Origin: Clostridia bacterium
GTDB taxonomy: Bacteria > Bacillota > Clostridia > Oscillospirales > CAG-272
DNA: 64,000 nt
Direction of reading: 5' to 3'
Assembly (NCBI GenBank): GCA_024405755.1
Contig: JAKSOD010000001.1
Coordinates: 85,039-149,038, forward strand
A program made the translations under genes and the position numbers. Below the pieces are notes generated by a model. The model worked only from the letters and a program-made list of their open reading frames with translations. It ran no database searches and was not told where the DNA came from. This document shows positions 8,642 to 18,634 of the stretch, piece by piece. How positions within the stretch are numbered: position 1 is the stretch's first letter; every line of letters begins with the position of its first letter.

Positions 8642-10063
8642 ATGAAAAGAAATCACTATCTTCTCAGTATTGCAGCGTTTCTGATGGCAATGATCTGCAT
8701 AGCTCTGGCAGGATGCACCGGAAACGATACATACAACGTAGACAACGGTACATCGGACCTTTCATCTTCAGTCACGGAAACGGATACGTCCGCTTATGGA
8801 AAGATCGTTCTGATTGACAAAAATAAAAACGATTTTTCAATTATCAGGGGCATGTATGCAGAAATAGATGAAATCGAAGCGGCAAAACAACTCAATTCTG
8901 CATTCACATCAAAGTTTTCCTCAACTTGGGACTTTGTGATCAAGGATGATTTTGTTAAAGGTGCTTCAAAAGATGATGTCATTTCCGACAATGCACGGGA
9001 AATCCTTGTGGGTTATACTAACAGAAAGGAAAGCCGTGAAACTTTTGTTGGACTTAAAAAGGATCAGTATGTTATTAAGTTCGTCGGCAGTAAACTCGTA
9101 ATAATCGGATCAGATCAGTATTCCACACTTGCTGCAGTTGAGGAGTTTGTGAAGAATGTTGTTGAAAAGAACGAGACTTCGGAGCTTTTTGCCCTTTCAC
9201 CTGATTTTGTGCTGACCGGCACGGCAAAATTACGCCAGGTTTCGATTAATCCCGAAGCGTCATACAGACTCTTTAGTTGGAATCTCGGTTGTTACGTAGG
9301 AGGAAGTACCGGTTCATCTGAAGCAGTCAAAATTATTCTGAGGTATCTTCCCGACATACTTGCCTGTCAGGAAAGTGACAAAAAAGTTCATTCCAATATC
9401 CTTCAAAAAGTGCTTGATTCGAATTCCGATTATGCTTATGCCATGAAAATGCATCCCGGAACTTCAACATATAATTATACTCCAATAATCTACAAAAAAA
9501 CCTTGTTTGATCTTGTCGATTCGGGAGTTGAATGGCTCGACGGAAGATATACCGGGACAAATACAAAATCCCTGTCATGGGCGGTCTTTAAAGATAAAAA
9601 CGATATTCAGTTTGCAATGGTAAACTTCCACGGTGCTGTGTGTTCCGCAACTTATAAAGGATATGAGGATATGACTTCCGAAGAGCGTACCGCTCAGGCA
9701 CTTGCTTGGAAGATCGATAACGTCAGACAAGTTCTTGGAGTAAGAGACAGAATATACGCTGAATACGGAGAGATACCGTTTACTGTAAACGGAGACTGCA
9801 ACTTCAATTCAGACAGCGTACCATACGCCAATATGATCAAAGGTGGAATGTATGATGCAGAGAAAACAGCAAAGATCAAAACGACGGGATACACCACTTC
9901 ATTCACATATGGAAATTTTTATAAGTCCGGTAAGAGTATAGACCATATATTCGGTATCAACGGCATAGATTTTGTGGTATTTGAAATTGTAAGGGATGCG
10001 GAAGTCAAGACTGCGAGCGATCATTGCCCGGTCTACGTTGATTACAATATCGGAATTAAATAA
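8642..10063 (+). CDS. Endonuclease/exonuclease/phosphatase (EEP) family lipoprotein
   Basis: Signal peptide with lipobox LAGC. The C-terminal SDHCPVYVDY is the typical EEP catalytic His motif. Confidence 0.75.
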   Translation: MKRNHYLLSIAAFLMAMICIALAGCTGNDTYNVDNGTSDLSSSVTETDTSAYGKIVLIDKNKNDFSIIRGMYAEIDEIEAAKQLNSAFTSKFSSTWDFVIKDDFVKGASKDDVISDNAREILVGYTNRKESRETFVGLKKDQYVIKFVGSKLVIIGSDQYSTLAAVEEFVKNVVEKNETSELFALSPDFVLTGTAKLRQVSINPEASYRLFSWNLGCYVGGSTGSSEAVKIILRYLPDILACQESDKKVHSNILQKVLDSNSDYAYAMKMHPGTSTYNYTPIIYKKTLFDLVDSGVEWLDGRYTGTNTKSLSWAVFKDKNDIQFAMVNFHGAVCSATYKGYEDMTSEERTAQALAWKIDNVRQVLGVRDRIYAEYGEIPFTVNGDCNFNSDSVPYANMIKGGMYDAEKTAKIKTTGYTTSFTYGNFYKSGKSIDHIFGINGIDFVVFEIVRDAEVKTASDHCPVYVDYNIGIK

Positions 10064-10071
10064 GTTCGATT

Positions 10072-10251
10072 TTAAGGCAACACCGCACAATTCACGGCTT
10101 ACGCCTTGACTGCGCATATGCTTGCATCTTTTCCGTCATACTTCACAAAATTTCGTTGAAATAGATTAACTATTCCTTCCTCATTTTGTATCGTCTGACG
10201 AAAAATCTGACGGCGCATCTGCACCGCCAGAATTGTGGGGTATTGCCTTAA
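10072..10251. repeat. Structured intergenic element, copy A (180 bp)
   Basis: 22-nt terminal inverted repeat TTAAGGCAACACCGCACAATTC / GAATTGTGGGGTATTGCCTTAA. By hand alignment 173/180 positions are identical to 44914-45093. Confidence 0.8.
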
Positions 10252-10287
10252 GTTGAAACCGGCACGCTTCTGCGTGCCGGTTTCAAC
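10252..10287. terminator. Hairpin between convergent genes (terminator candidate, no clear U-tract)
   Basis: 15-bp perfect stem GTTGAAACCGGCACG / CGTGCCGGTTTCAAC with a 6-nt loop. Confidence 0.5.
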
Positions 10288-10299
10288 TGTATAAAACAC

Positions 10300-10740
10300 T
10301 TAATTGCGTTTTTTCCCTGAGGGATCAGAACGAAGTTCGCGGTCTTTTTTCATTGCTTTTTTAAGGCGTGAACAAGTAATCCCTATAATCACTGCTGATA
10401 CAGCATAGATTACGATAATGAGAAGAAGTCCCGTGAAACGTCCTGATCCGGTGACGCCTGATGGCAGAAGAATGCAAGTGAATGCGCCGGTTACAGTCAA
10501 AAGAAAATGAAGGAACCATCTGATGATAGGATCCGGCCTTTCCCGGCACAGCAGAGTATTGGCTATACCGAAAAGAAATGAAAACGGGAGAAACAGAAAT
10601 ATTCTCACAGCGTCAAGTCCCGCGCCGTTTTCAACTCCGGAATAGAGAATCATTATTATTAAACTGAATAATGACGTGACCGCAGTATAGCATATTGCGG
10701 TACCAATAAGTGTTTTCTTAAAAAAATCTTTTATACTCAT
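10300..10740 (-). CDS. Hypothetical integral membrane protein (about 4 TM helices)
   Basis: Hydrophobic segments throughout and a basic C-terminal tail. No family recognised. Confidence 0.55.
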   Translation of the reverse strand: MSIKDFFKKTLIGTAICYTAVTSLFSLIIMILYSGVENGAGLDAVRIFLFLPFSFLFGIANTLLCRERPDPIIRWFLHFLLTVTGAFTCILLPSGVTGSGRFTGLLLIIVIYAVSAVIIGITCSRLKKAMKKDRELRSDPSGKKRN

Positions 10741-10927
10741 TCAATCAATCCGTCCGTTTTTCGCGATTTCCGCGGAAGATATATTATACTTTATCACATT
10801 TTCAGAAAAAAAGCAAGGTCTGGCGGCAAAAAGTTAAAAATAAAGAGTTTCTTCCGACACACCCGAAAACGCACGTCTGAAAATTCAATAAGATTTTTGA
10901 ATATTCATTGTTTTATTCATTTTTATG

Positions 10928-10955
10928 TTGACTTTTTTAAAAAAATAAGTATAAT
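10928..10955 (+). promoter_or_regulatory. Sigma-A type promoter candidate for nusB
   Basis: TTGACT, 16 nt, TATAAT. Confidence 0.45.
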
Positions 10956-11010
10956 ATAATTATTATGGATTTTTATGCGTTCAGATTAGTGAACGCAGAA
11001 AGGAATTCTT

Positions 11011-11427
11011 ATGAAAAGAAAAGAAGCAAGGGCTCAGGTTCTGTCCCTTTTGTTTGAAACCGGATTCCGAAAAGATGAAACTCCCGCAGAAATATATGCG
11101 CGTGCGACGGAAATTAGAGAACTTGAAGATGACGATTATATACGCGACTCATATTTCGGGGTTATGGATAATATTGAATTTACAGATGAAAAAATAGCAG
11201 CTTTTTCACACGGATGGAAAACAGAACGTATTTCTCCGGTTTCGAGAGCGATAATGAGACTTGCGATTTATGAGATGTATTTCAGAGATGATGTCCCCGA
11301 TAATGTTGCGGTAAACGAAGCTGTGGAGCTTGTAAAAGTCTATGATGACGAAGATAAGGTAAAGGCGTTTGTTAACGGAATATTGAACTCCGTACTTCAG
11401 GAGAAAAAATCCGGAGGAGCAGAATAA
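11011..11427 (+). CDS. nusB: Transcription antitermination factor NusB
   Basis: MKRKEARAQVLSLLFE N-terminus, 138 aa, and its position ahead of xseA. Confidence 0.85.
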   Translation: MKRKEARAQVLSLLFETGFRKDETPAEIYARATEIRELEDDDYIRDSYFGVMDNIEFTDEKIAAFSHGWKTERISPVSRAIMRLAIYEMYFRDDVPDNVAVNEAVELVKVYDDEDKVKAFVNGILNSVLQEKKSGGAE

Positions 11428-12380
11428 TGCTTTTCTGCGGTATAGATACAAGCAACTATACCACATCCGCTGCATTGTGTGACGGAGAAGGCAATATTAT
11501 TGCAAATATAAAAAAGCCTTTGCCGGTAAAGGACGGAGATTGCGGACTGCGTCAGTCGGATGCGGTCTTTGCCCATGTAAAAAATCTTCCCGAAGTTATG
11601 CGGACCCTCTCCGAAGTGCTTGACGGCAACACTCCTGATGCAATCGGGGTTTCGTATGCTCCGCGTACTGCTGAAGGGTCATATATGCCGTGCTTTCTGA
11701 CAGGAATCGCCGCCGCGGAGTCTATGTCTGCGGGTAACGGTGCGCCGGTTTTCCGGTTTTCACATCAGCAGGGGCACATTATGGCAGCATATCATACGTC
11801 GGGAGCAGAGGCGGAAAATGCATCCAGAGATGAATTTCTCGCTTTTCATGTTTCCGGCGGTACAACCGAACTTTTAAAGGTTAAACCGCTCGGCGAAGGA
11901 TTCGATGTTGCTCTTGCAGGAGGAACGGAGGATCTCAACGCCGGGCAGGCGATTGACCGTGTCGGTGTTGCACTCGGACTGCATTTCCCTTGCGGGCCTG
12001 AGATGGACAGACTTGCGCACGAGTATGTCGGTGAAATCAAAGGAGTCCGTGTAAGTGTCAACGGTATGAAGTGTAATCTGTCGGGATTGCAGAATCTCGC
12101 GGTGAATATGATTCAGCACGGAGAAGATCCTTGTGCAGTCTGTGCCTTTGTATTTACTTTTATCGGAAAAACTCTTTATAAAATGGCACTCAATGCCCGC
12201 GAGATTTGCGGTGACCTGCCTATCGTGTGGGCAGGCGGTGTTATGAGTAATTCGATCATAAAAACAATGCTGTCAGGTCTTGGCAAAGTATATTTTGCCG
12301 AGCCTCAGTATTCGGCGGACAACGCCGTCGGTACGGCACTTCTGTGCCGCGAAAAATTTTTAAGAGGTCGTAATGTCTGA
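11427..12380 (+). CDS. Kae1/TsaD-like (peptidase M22 / ASKHA fold) family protein
   Basis: GIDTSNYTTSAAL N-terminal phosphate-1-like motif and HVSGGTTELL resemble the glycoprotease/TsaD family. The assignment is tentative. Confidence 0.5.
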   Translation: MLFCGIDTSNYTTSAALCDGEGNIIANIKKPLPVKDGDCGLRQSDAVFAHVKNLPEVMRTLSEVLDGNTPDAIGVSYAPRTAEGSYMPCFLTGIAAAESMSAGNGAPVFRFSHQQGHIMAAYHTSGAEAENASRDEFLAFHVSGGTTELLKVKPLGEGFDVALAGGTEDLNAGQAIDRVGVALGLHFPCGPEMDRLAHEYVGEIKGVRVSVNGMKCNLSGLQNLAVNMIQHGEDPCAVCAFVFTFIGKTLYKMALNAREICGDLPIVWAGGVMSNSIIKTMLSGLGKVYFAEPQYSADNAVGTALLCREKFLRGRNV

Positions 12381-13599
12381 ACTGAGGATTGAAGCCTTAT
12401 CGGTAACTCAACTGAATGATTATGTCAAAACTCTGATGGAGAACGATCCCGTGCTTTCCGAGATCACCGTCAGGGGGGAGATATCAAATTTCAAAGCTCA
12501 TTACACCGGACATCTGTATTTTTCACTCAAAGATTCATCAGCTCTCGTAAAATGTGTTATGTTTGCCGGTTCAGCGTCGTCGCTCAGATTCAGACCGGAG
12601 AACGGTATGAAAGTAGTGGTCTGCGGCAGGGTATCGGTTTTTCCGCGTGACGGTGTCTATCAGATCTATGTTTCATATATGATTCCTGACGGAATCGGTG
12701 AGCAGTTCCTTGCATTTGAACAACTGAAAGAAAAACTCGGTGCCGAGGGACTTTTCGACGAATCACGAAAAAAAACCATTCCCAAGTATCCCGATTCGAT
12801 CGGTATAGTTACTTCCGCAACGGGTGCGGCAGTCAGGGATCTGCTTAATATTCTCGGAAGAAGATATCCCGTTGCTGATGTTTTCCTTTACCCCGCACTT
12901 GTTCAGGGAAGCGGAGCCGCGGCAAGCATCTGCCGTGGGATCGGATATTTTGAAACGAAACAAAAAGTTGATGTGATCATAATCGGACGCGGGGGAGGAT
13001 CGGGAGAAGATCTCGGATGTTTCAATGATGAAACACTTGCCCGAACAATAGCGGCGGCTGATACGCCGATTATCAGTGCGGTAGGTCATGAAACTGATTT
13101 CACTATTTCGGATTTCGTCGCCGATCTCCGTGCTCCTACTCCTTCGGCTGCTGCCGAACTTGCAGTTCCGGACAAAGAAACGCTAATGAGGCAGTTATGC
13201 AGGGTTGAAGACAGATGCAGGCTCCTTTTCCGACAGAAGACGGATATGCTTGAGTCCAAATTAAAATTGATCGCCTCGTCGTCTGTTCTGACTTCCCCCG
13301 AAAGATCCATTGAACTGCGCATTGATGAGATTGCAAGACTTTCGGAAAAAATCGATTCTTTATTTAGTCGGATCGTTGAATCGGACGAAAAAATACTTGC
13401 TTCCCGCGCCGCCGGTCTTGAAGCAATGAGCCCGCTTTCAGTTCTCGGAAGAGGGTATGCTGCCGTGACACGAAAAGAAAGCGGTGAGATTGTGACGGAC
13501 GCTTCACATCTTTGTGTCGGAGATTCCGTTTCGATCAGGATGCGTGACGGAACGGCGGATGCCGTGATCGGCAAAGTTTGCATCACGGAAAAGAATTGA
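12373..13599 (+). CDS. xseA: Exodeoxyribonuclease VII large subunit
   Basis: LSVTQLNDYVKTLME...VRGEISNFKAHYTGHLYFSLKD (OB-fold N-terminus), followed by xseB. Confidence 0.9.
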   Translation: MSELRIEALSVTQLNDYVKTLMENDPVLSEITVRGEISNFKAHYTGHLYFSLKDSSALVKCVMFAGSASSLRFRPENGMKVVVCGRVSVFPRDGVYQIYVSYMIPDGIGEQFLAFEQLKEKLGAEGLFDESRKKTIPKYPDSIGIVTSATGAAVRDLLNILGRRYPVADVFLYPALVQGSGAAASICRGIGYFETKQKVDVIIIGRGGGSGEDLGCFNDETLARTIAAADTPIISAVGHETDFTISDFVADLRAPTPSAAAELAVPDKETLMRQLCRVEDRCRLLFRQKTDMLESKLKLIASSSVLTSPERSIELRIDEIARLSEKIDSLFSRIVESDEKILASRAAGLEAMSPLSVLGRGYAAVTRKESGEIVTDASHLCVGDSVSIRMRDGTADAVIGKVCITEKN

Positions 13600-13616
13600 A
13601 TTTGAGGTGATTTGAA

Positions 13617-13817
13617 ATGGAAAAAGATAAAATCAGTTTTGAGAATGCCATTGCCCGCCTTGAAGTTATCGTTCGCGCACTTGAAGAGGGCAAATGCAGT
13701 CTTGACGAATCAATGAAACTCTATGAAGAGGGAGTCAGACTCGTAAGACTATGTAATGAAGAACTTGCTTCGGCAAAACAGAAACTTACGGTTATTTCGG
13801 AAGAATCGGTTGGCTGA
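13617..13817 (+). CDS. xseB: Exodeoxyribonuclease VII small subunit
   Basis: ISFENAIARLEVIVRALEEGKCSLDESMKLYEEGVRL, 66 aa. Confidence 0.85.
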   Translation: MEKDKISFENAIARLEVIVRALEEGKCSLDESMKLYEEGVRLVRLCNEELASAKQKLTVISEESVG

Positions 13818-13846
13818 ACGATAAAGGCAGTCAGGAGAAATCTTAT

Positions 13847-14740
13847 ATGAATGAAATATTAAGAAAATCAATGTCAGAAGCCGCTTCTGCGGTTGAGAAA
13901 GAACTTGAAAAATACTACTCCGTTTATCGGGATACGGATACCGAACTTGTGAGGAAGGCTGAAATTTACAGTCTGACCGCAGGAGGAAAAAGAATAAGAC
14001 CTTATCTTGTACTCGAATTCTGCCGTGCGTTCGGAGGAAATGAAAAATCGGCACTTCCGTTTGCCGCTGCTGTTGAAATGATGCATACTTTCTCGCTCAT
14101 ACATGATGATCTTCCTTGTATGGACGACGATGATCTTCGCCGCGGAAGACCGACTTCACATAAAAAGTTCGGAGAAGCAACAGCACTTCTTGCAGGAGAT
14201 TCACTGGCTCTCCGTGCCGTCGAGACGGCAATGTCTAATCCTTATGTTTCAAAAGAAACGGCACTTGCCGGCGGTCTGGCTCTTGCGCGTGCTGCAGGAA
14301 GTGAAGGAATGATCGGCGGGCAGATCATAGATATGCGCGGTGAGACCGAAATACTTGATTTTGAGACTCTGTTAAAACTCCATAATAAAAAAACGGGAGC
14401 AATGATCAGAGTCAGCGCAAATCTCGGCTGTCTTGCTGCAGGACTTACGTCAAATGATCCCGAATATGCTGCGGCAGAAGAGTATGCCGACGGCATCGGA
14501 CTTGCATTTCAGATAATCGACGACATACTTGATGCCGAATCGGATTCTGCTACTCTTGGTAAGAGTGTTGGCAGTGATGCCGAAAACAATAAAACAACGT
14601 TTCTGTCGTTTATGTCGGCAGAGGACGCAAGAGCATACGCCAGAAAACTCACGGAAGAAGCTGCCGATGCCATAAGTCCGTTCACAGGGTGTGAGAATCT
14701 GATCTTATTTGCCGATTATTTAATTGAAAGAAAGAACTGA
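13847..14740 (+). CDS. ispA: Polyprenyl (farnesyl/geranyl) diphosphate synthase
   Basis: First DDxxD region LIHDDLPCMDDDDLRRGRPT and second motif IIDDILD. Confidence 0.85.
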   Translation: MNEILRKSMSEAASAVEKELEKYYSVYRDTDTELVRKAEIYSLTAGGKRIRPYLVLEFCRAFGGNEKSALPFAAAVEMMHTFSLIHDDLPCMDDDDLRRGRPTSHKKFGEATALLAGDSLALRAVETAMSNPYVSKETALAGGLALARAAGSEGMIGGQIIDMRGETEILDFETLLKLHNKKTGAMIRVSANLGCLAAGLTSNDPEYAAAEEYADGIGLAFQIIDDILDAESDSATLGKSVGSDAENNKTTFLSFMSAEDARAYARKLTEEAADAISPFTGCENLILFADYLIERKN

Positions 14741-14745
14741 GCTAA

Positions 14746-15516
14746 GTGAGAGCGGACGTTTATATTACGAAATCGGGATATTCCGTCAGTCGTGAAGCCG
14801 CACGGAAGTCCATTGAAGCGGGACTGGTTACCGTGGACGGAAAACTCATACGAAAACCCGGCGAACAGATAGACGAAAAAGCAGATCATTCCGTTGAATA
14901 TAAAAGCAGTATTCCGTATGTCAGCCGCGGAGGACTCAAACTTGAAGAAGCACTGAAAGTATTCGGAATTGACGTGCACGGATATATCGCCGTCGATATC
15001 GGGGCATCCACGGGAGGATTCACCGACTGCCTCATTCAGCATGGAGCCGGGAAAGTATACGCCGTTGATTCCGGTCACGGACAGTTGTCCCCGCTGTTAT
15101 GTAATGAACAGCGCGTCATTTCGATAGAAGGAAAAAATGCAAGAGAACTTAAGCCGGAAGATATCGGTGAAAAATGCGATATTGCTGTAATGGACGTTTC
15201 TTTTATATCCCAGACTCTGATCCTTCCGCAGATACGCGCGCTGCTGAAATCTGAAGGAATTGCAGTTACACTTATAAAACCGCAGTTTGAAGCAGGTCGC
15301 GGGAGTCTTGGCAAAGGCGGAATCGTTCGCCGGGCGGAAGACAGAAAAAACGCAGTTCAGCGTGTTATTTCTGCAGCAAGAGAGTGTGGACTCTACGCAG
15401 CAGACGTAATACCTTCACCAATCTGCGGAGGTGACGGAAACCGTGAATTCCTTGCTTATTTCCGAAGAGAAGATAAGGTCACTGCTGATGACATACTTAA
15501 AAAAATAAACTTCTGA
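14746..15516 (+). CDS. tlyA: TlyA-family rRNA 2'-O-methyltransferase (S4 + FtsJ domains)
   Basis: GTG start. S4-like N-terminus SREAARKSIEAGLVTVDG and SAM motif DIGASTGGFTDCL. Confidence 0.8.
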   Translation: MRADVYITKSGYSVSREAARKSIEAGLVTVDGKLIRKPGEQIDEKADHSVEYKSSIPYVSRGGLKLEEALKVFGIDVHGYIAVDIGASTGGFTDCLIQHGAGKVYAVDSGHGQLSPLLCNEQRVISIEGKNARELKPEDIGEKCDIAVMDVSFISQTLILPQIRALLKSEGIAVTLIKPQFEAGRGSLGKGGIVRRAEDRKNAVQRVISAARECGLYAADVIPSPICGGDGNREFLAYFRREDKVTADDILKKINF

Positions 15517-15544
15517 AAAAATGATGAAACGAGGACGAAGCATA

Positions 15545-16399
15545 ATGAAAAGTGTTTCCGTCATTACCAACTACAATATTCCCGAAAAAGCGGAACTTGC
15601 CGCCGAGGTGGTAAAGAAGTTTCAGCAATGCGGAGTGAGGGTATGTGTGCCGTTTTACGCATGCAATATTCTTAGGCTGCCGTCGCTGACATGCCTGCCG
15701 AACAATAAGTTATACGACAATGCAGAGTTGATTGCTGTTGTCGGCGGAGACGGAACGATACTTGAAACCGCACGCCGCTCCGCAGATAAAGGTGCACCGA
15801 TCCTCGGAATAAACAAAGGCAGAGTCGGGTATATGGCTGAACTCGAACCTGACGAACTTGATCTTATCAGACGTGTCGTTGACGGAGAGTACAGAATTGA
15901 AAACCGCTCAATGCTGGACGTTGAAGTCTACGCCGGAGAACGGATGCTTTATGTCAGCCGAGCATTGAACGATGCAGTTGTCTGCAACGGTACCGCTTCG
16001 CGTATGATCGACGTTCAACTCCTTGTTGACGGCGGAAATGTCGGGACTTACCGTGCGGATGGTATGATAGTATCAACGCCGACCGGTTCAACGGCGTATT
16101 CGCTTTCTGCGGGCGGACCTCTGATTGATCCGAGATTAAAAGGAACCTGTGTTACTCCGATCTGTGCCCATTCTTTTGCGGCAAGGTCAATGGTTTTTCC
16201 GGAAGAAGCGGTTATCGAACTGCGTAACGTCAGCGCACGCCTGCCATATATAACTCTTACGGTTGACGGAAGAGTAAATATTCATATTGGAAAGAATAAT
16301 GCCGTAAAGATCACTCATTCGGAAAAATACGCTTCTTTGGTGCGTGTAAAAGAAAACAATTATTTTACCGATCTTTATTCCAAATTAAAGAATGTTTAA
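15545..16399 (+). CDS. nadK: NAD kinase
   Basis: GGDGTILETARR motif, NDAVV and STPTGSTAYSLSAGGP. The start may instead be 15521. Confidence 0.85.
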   Translation: MKSVSVITNYNIPEKAELAAEVVKKFQQCGVRVCVPFYACNILRLPSLTCLPNNKLYDNAELIAVVGGDGTILETARRSADKGAPILGINKGRVGYMAELEPDELDLIRRVVDGEYRIENRSMLDVEVYAGERMLYVSRALNDAVVCNGTASRMIDVQLLVDGGNVGTYRADGMIVSTPTGSTAYSLSAGGPLIDPRLKGTCVTPICAHSFAARSMVFPEEAVIELRNVSARLPYITLTVDGRVNIHIGKNNAVKITHSEKYASLVRVKENNYFTDLYSKLKNV

Positions 16400-16420
16400 C
16401 AGGGAAGGAACGGACAGGAT

Positions 16421-16876
16421 ATGAAAAGCGGTAGACAGGAAAAAATTATCGCACTTGTCTCAAAGTATGAGATAGAGACTCAGGAAGACCTGATAGGTAA
16501 ACTTCGCCGTGAAGGTTATAATGTAACTCAGGCGACGGTATCACGTGATATCAGGGAACTTAAACTGACGAAAGTCATGACTCCGCGCGGCGCGTACCGA
16601 TATATTCTTCCGACGAAAAAGGAGCAGAGTGAAGGTTTTAAATTTAATTCTGCACTTGTTGAGTCTATTAAAACCGTTGATTACGCCTGCAATCTCGTGG
16701 TCTTGAAAACGTACCCTGGTATGGCTCAGGCGGTAGCTACCGGACTTGATGCCATTGACTCAAATGAAATTCTCGGTTGTGTTGCGGGTGACGATACGAT
16801 TTTTGTTGCCGCTCAAAGCGCGGAGAAAGCAAAGGATATAAGCGAAAAAATCAAAACCATGCTTAAAGCGATCTGA
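16421..16876 (+). CDS. argR: Arginine repressor
   Basis: RQEKIIALVSKYEIETQEDLIGKLRREGYNVTQATVSRDIRELKL and C-terminal GCVAGDDTIFV. Confidence 0.85.
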   Translation: MKSGRQEKIIALVSKYEIETQEDLIGKLRREGYNVTQATVSRDIRELKLTKVMTPRGAYRYILPTKKEQSEGFKFNSALVESIKTVDYACNLVVLKTYPGMAQAVATGLDAIDSNEILGCVAGDDTIFVAAQSAEKAKDISEKIKTMLKAI

Positions 16877-16940
16877 ATTCCCGTTCGCTCAGGATTTGAT
16901 TTTTGGCTGGTAAGAATTATATTGTAATGAGGAAATCACA

Positions 16941-18623
16941 ATGCTGAGTTCTCTTCATATCGAAAATATGGCGGTGATAAGGCGGATCGACATTGAACCT
17001 TGCTCCGGATTTACAGCAATGACCGGAGAGACCGGTGCCGGAAAATCCATTATTATCGACAGCATAAATTTTTTGCTCTGCAATAAAGTTTCAAGAGATC
17101 TTATACGTACCGGGGAGGAGAAAGCTTCGGTGACAGCGGTTTTTACGTCACTCGGAGAGACCGAGTGCGGAGCTCTTAAAGAACTCGGAATCGAAACAGA
17201 CGGAAATGAGATCTGCATTCAGCGTACTGCGACTGCCGACGGAAGAAGCACTTGCAGAATTGACGGCAGAGCAGTATCACAGCAGATCCTTCGTTCTGCA
17301 GGACAACTTCTGGTTTCAATTCACGGACAAAATGAGACGCAGAGGCTTGGTGATCTGCGTACAAGACTCGGAATAATTGATTCACTTGCAGAGAACGACG
17401 ATCTTCTTGACGGTTATTCAGCCGTGTATGACCGGTGGTGTGCGGTTAAATCAAAACTTGACGAACTGAGACGATCCGAATCAGAAAAAAATCAACTTCG
17501 TGATCTGCTTGAATATCAGATAAAGGATATAAAATCATATAAACTTAAAACGGGTGAGGAAGAAGCACTACTTGAAGAACAAAAGCGACTTCAAAGCATT
17601 GAACGAATCAAAAAACAGTCTGACGTTGCTCTGAGAGCACTTTATCAGAATGAAAAAGGTATAACAGCCTCGTATTTTACGGAGCGGGCAGCCGATGCTC
17701 TGATGAAACTTTCGGATGTGATACCGGAGTACGGTGCGTTGTCTGACAGACTGCGGGCTTGTAAATATGAACTTGACGATATAGCTGCCGAGGTCGCCGC
17801 AAGAGTTGAAACAGATACAGGCGGAGAGGATCCATCGCGACGTCTTGACAAGATAGGGTCACGTCTTGAATCAATAAAGAAATTACGTAAAAAATATGCT
17901 CCGACGGTAGATGAGATCATTTCTTTCTGTGAGAATGCTGAGAGGAAACTCGCTGAGATCAACAATTCGGACGATTTGACAGTTGAACTGACTGAAAAAG
18001 AAGAAAAACTACGTGCTGATCTTTGTTTATGTGCGGATAAACTCACCGAATCACGACGTAATGCTTCGGCGGGTATTGAGAGGGAAATTTCCGAGACTCT
18101 GAAATATCTCGATATGCCGAAAGTCAGATTTGCTGTTTCCGTACAGAAAACGGAAAAATTCAGGTCTGACGGTCAGGATTCTGTTGACTTTTTGATTGCG
18201 ACGAATCCCGGCGAACCAATGCAGCCTATTGAAAAAGTGGCGTCGGGCGGGGAATTATCCCGTGTGATGTTAGCTGTCAAATGCGCCGCCGCCGGAGCCG
18301 AAGGAATAGGAACGATCATCTTTGATGAAGTCGATACGGGAATATCGGGAAAAACATCGAGAAAAGTCGGAATTAAACTGAAGGAGGCTTCAAGGTCGGC
18401 TCAGGTTATATGTGTGACTCATTCGGCGCAGATAGCTTCTCTTGCTCAAATGCACCTGTTTGTATCCAAGCAGGAGAGGGAAGGAAGGAACGAGACGGTC
18501 GTGACCGTACTTGATGAGCAGGGAAGGATCAATGAGACCGCACGAATAATCGGTGGTATCGATGTGACTGAGGCTCAAAGAAAGGCCGCAATGGATATGA
18601 TAAATGAAGCCGAGGAGTATTGA
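16941..18623 (+). CDS. recN: DNA repair protein RecN
   Basis: MLSSLHIENMAVI...LTGETGAGKSIIID (Walker A), coiled-coil middle, SGGELSRVMLA signature and IFDEVDTG. Confidence 0.9.
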   Translation: MLSSLHIENMAVIRRIDIEPCSGFTAMTGETGAGKSIIIDSINFLLCNKVSRDLIRTGEEKASVTAVFTSLGETECGALKELGIETDGNEICIQRTATADGRSTCRIDGRAVSQQILRSAGQLLVSIHGQNETQRLGDLRTRLGIIDSLAENDDLLDGYSAVYDRWCAVKSKLDELRRSESEKNQLRDLLEYQIKDIKSYKLKTGEEEALLEEQKRLQSIERIKKQSDVALRALYQNEKGITASYFTERAADALMKLSDVIPEYGALSDRLRACKYELDDIAAEVAARVETDTGGEDPSRRLDKIGSRLESIKKLRKKYAPTVDEIISFCENAERKLAEINNSDDLTVELTEKEEKLRADLCLCADKLTESRRNASAGIEREISETLKYLDMPKVRFAVSVQKTEKFRSDGQDSVDFLIATNPGEPMQPIEKVASGGELSRVMLAVKCAAAGAEGIGTIIFDEVDTGISGKTSRKVGIKLKEASRSAQVICVTHSAQIASLAQMHLFVSKQEREGRNETVVTVLDEQGRINETARIIGGIDVTEAQRKAAMDMINEAEEY

Positions 18624-18634
18624 TCGAGGTTAAA

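Noticed and set aside
10195-10201. CUGACGA in the conserved block matches the hammerhead ribozyme CUGANGA core, and a GAAA lies nearby in copies A and B.
   Set aside because: I could not build stems I and II around it, and copy C lacks the GAAA element. It is therefore not a hammerhead.
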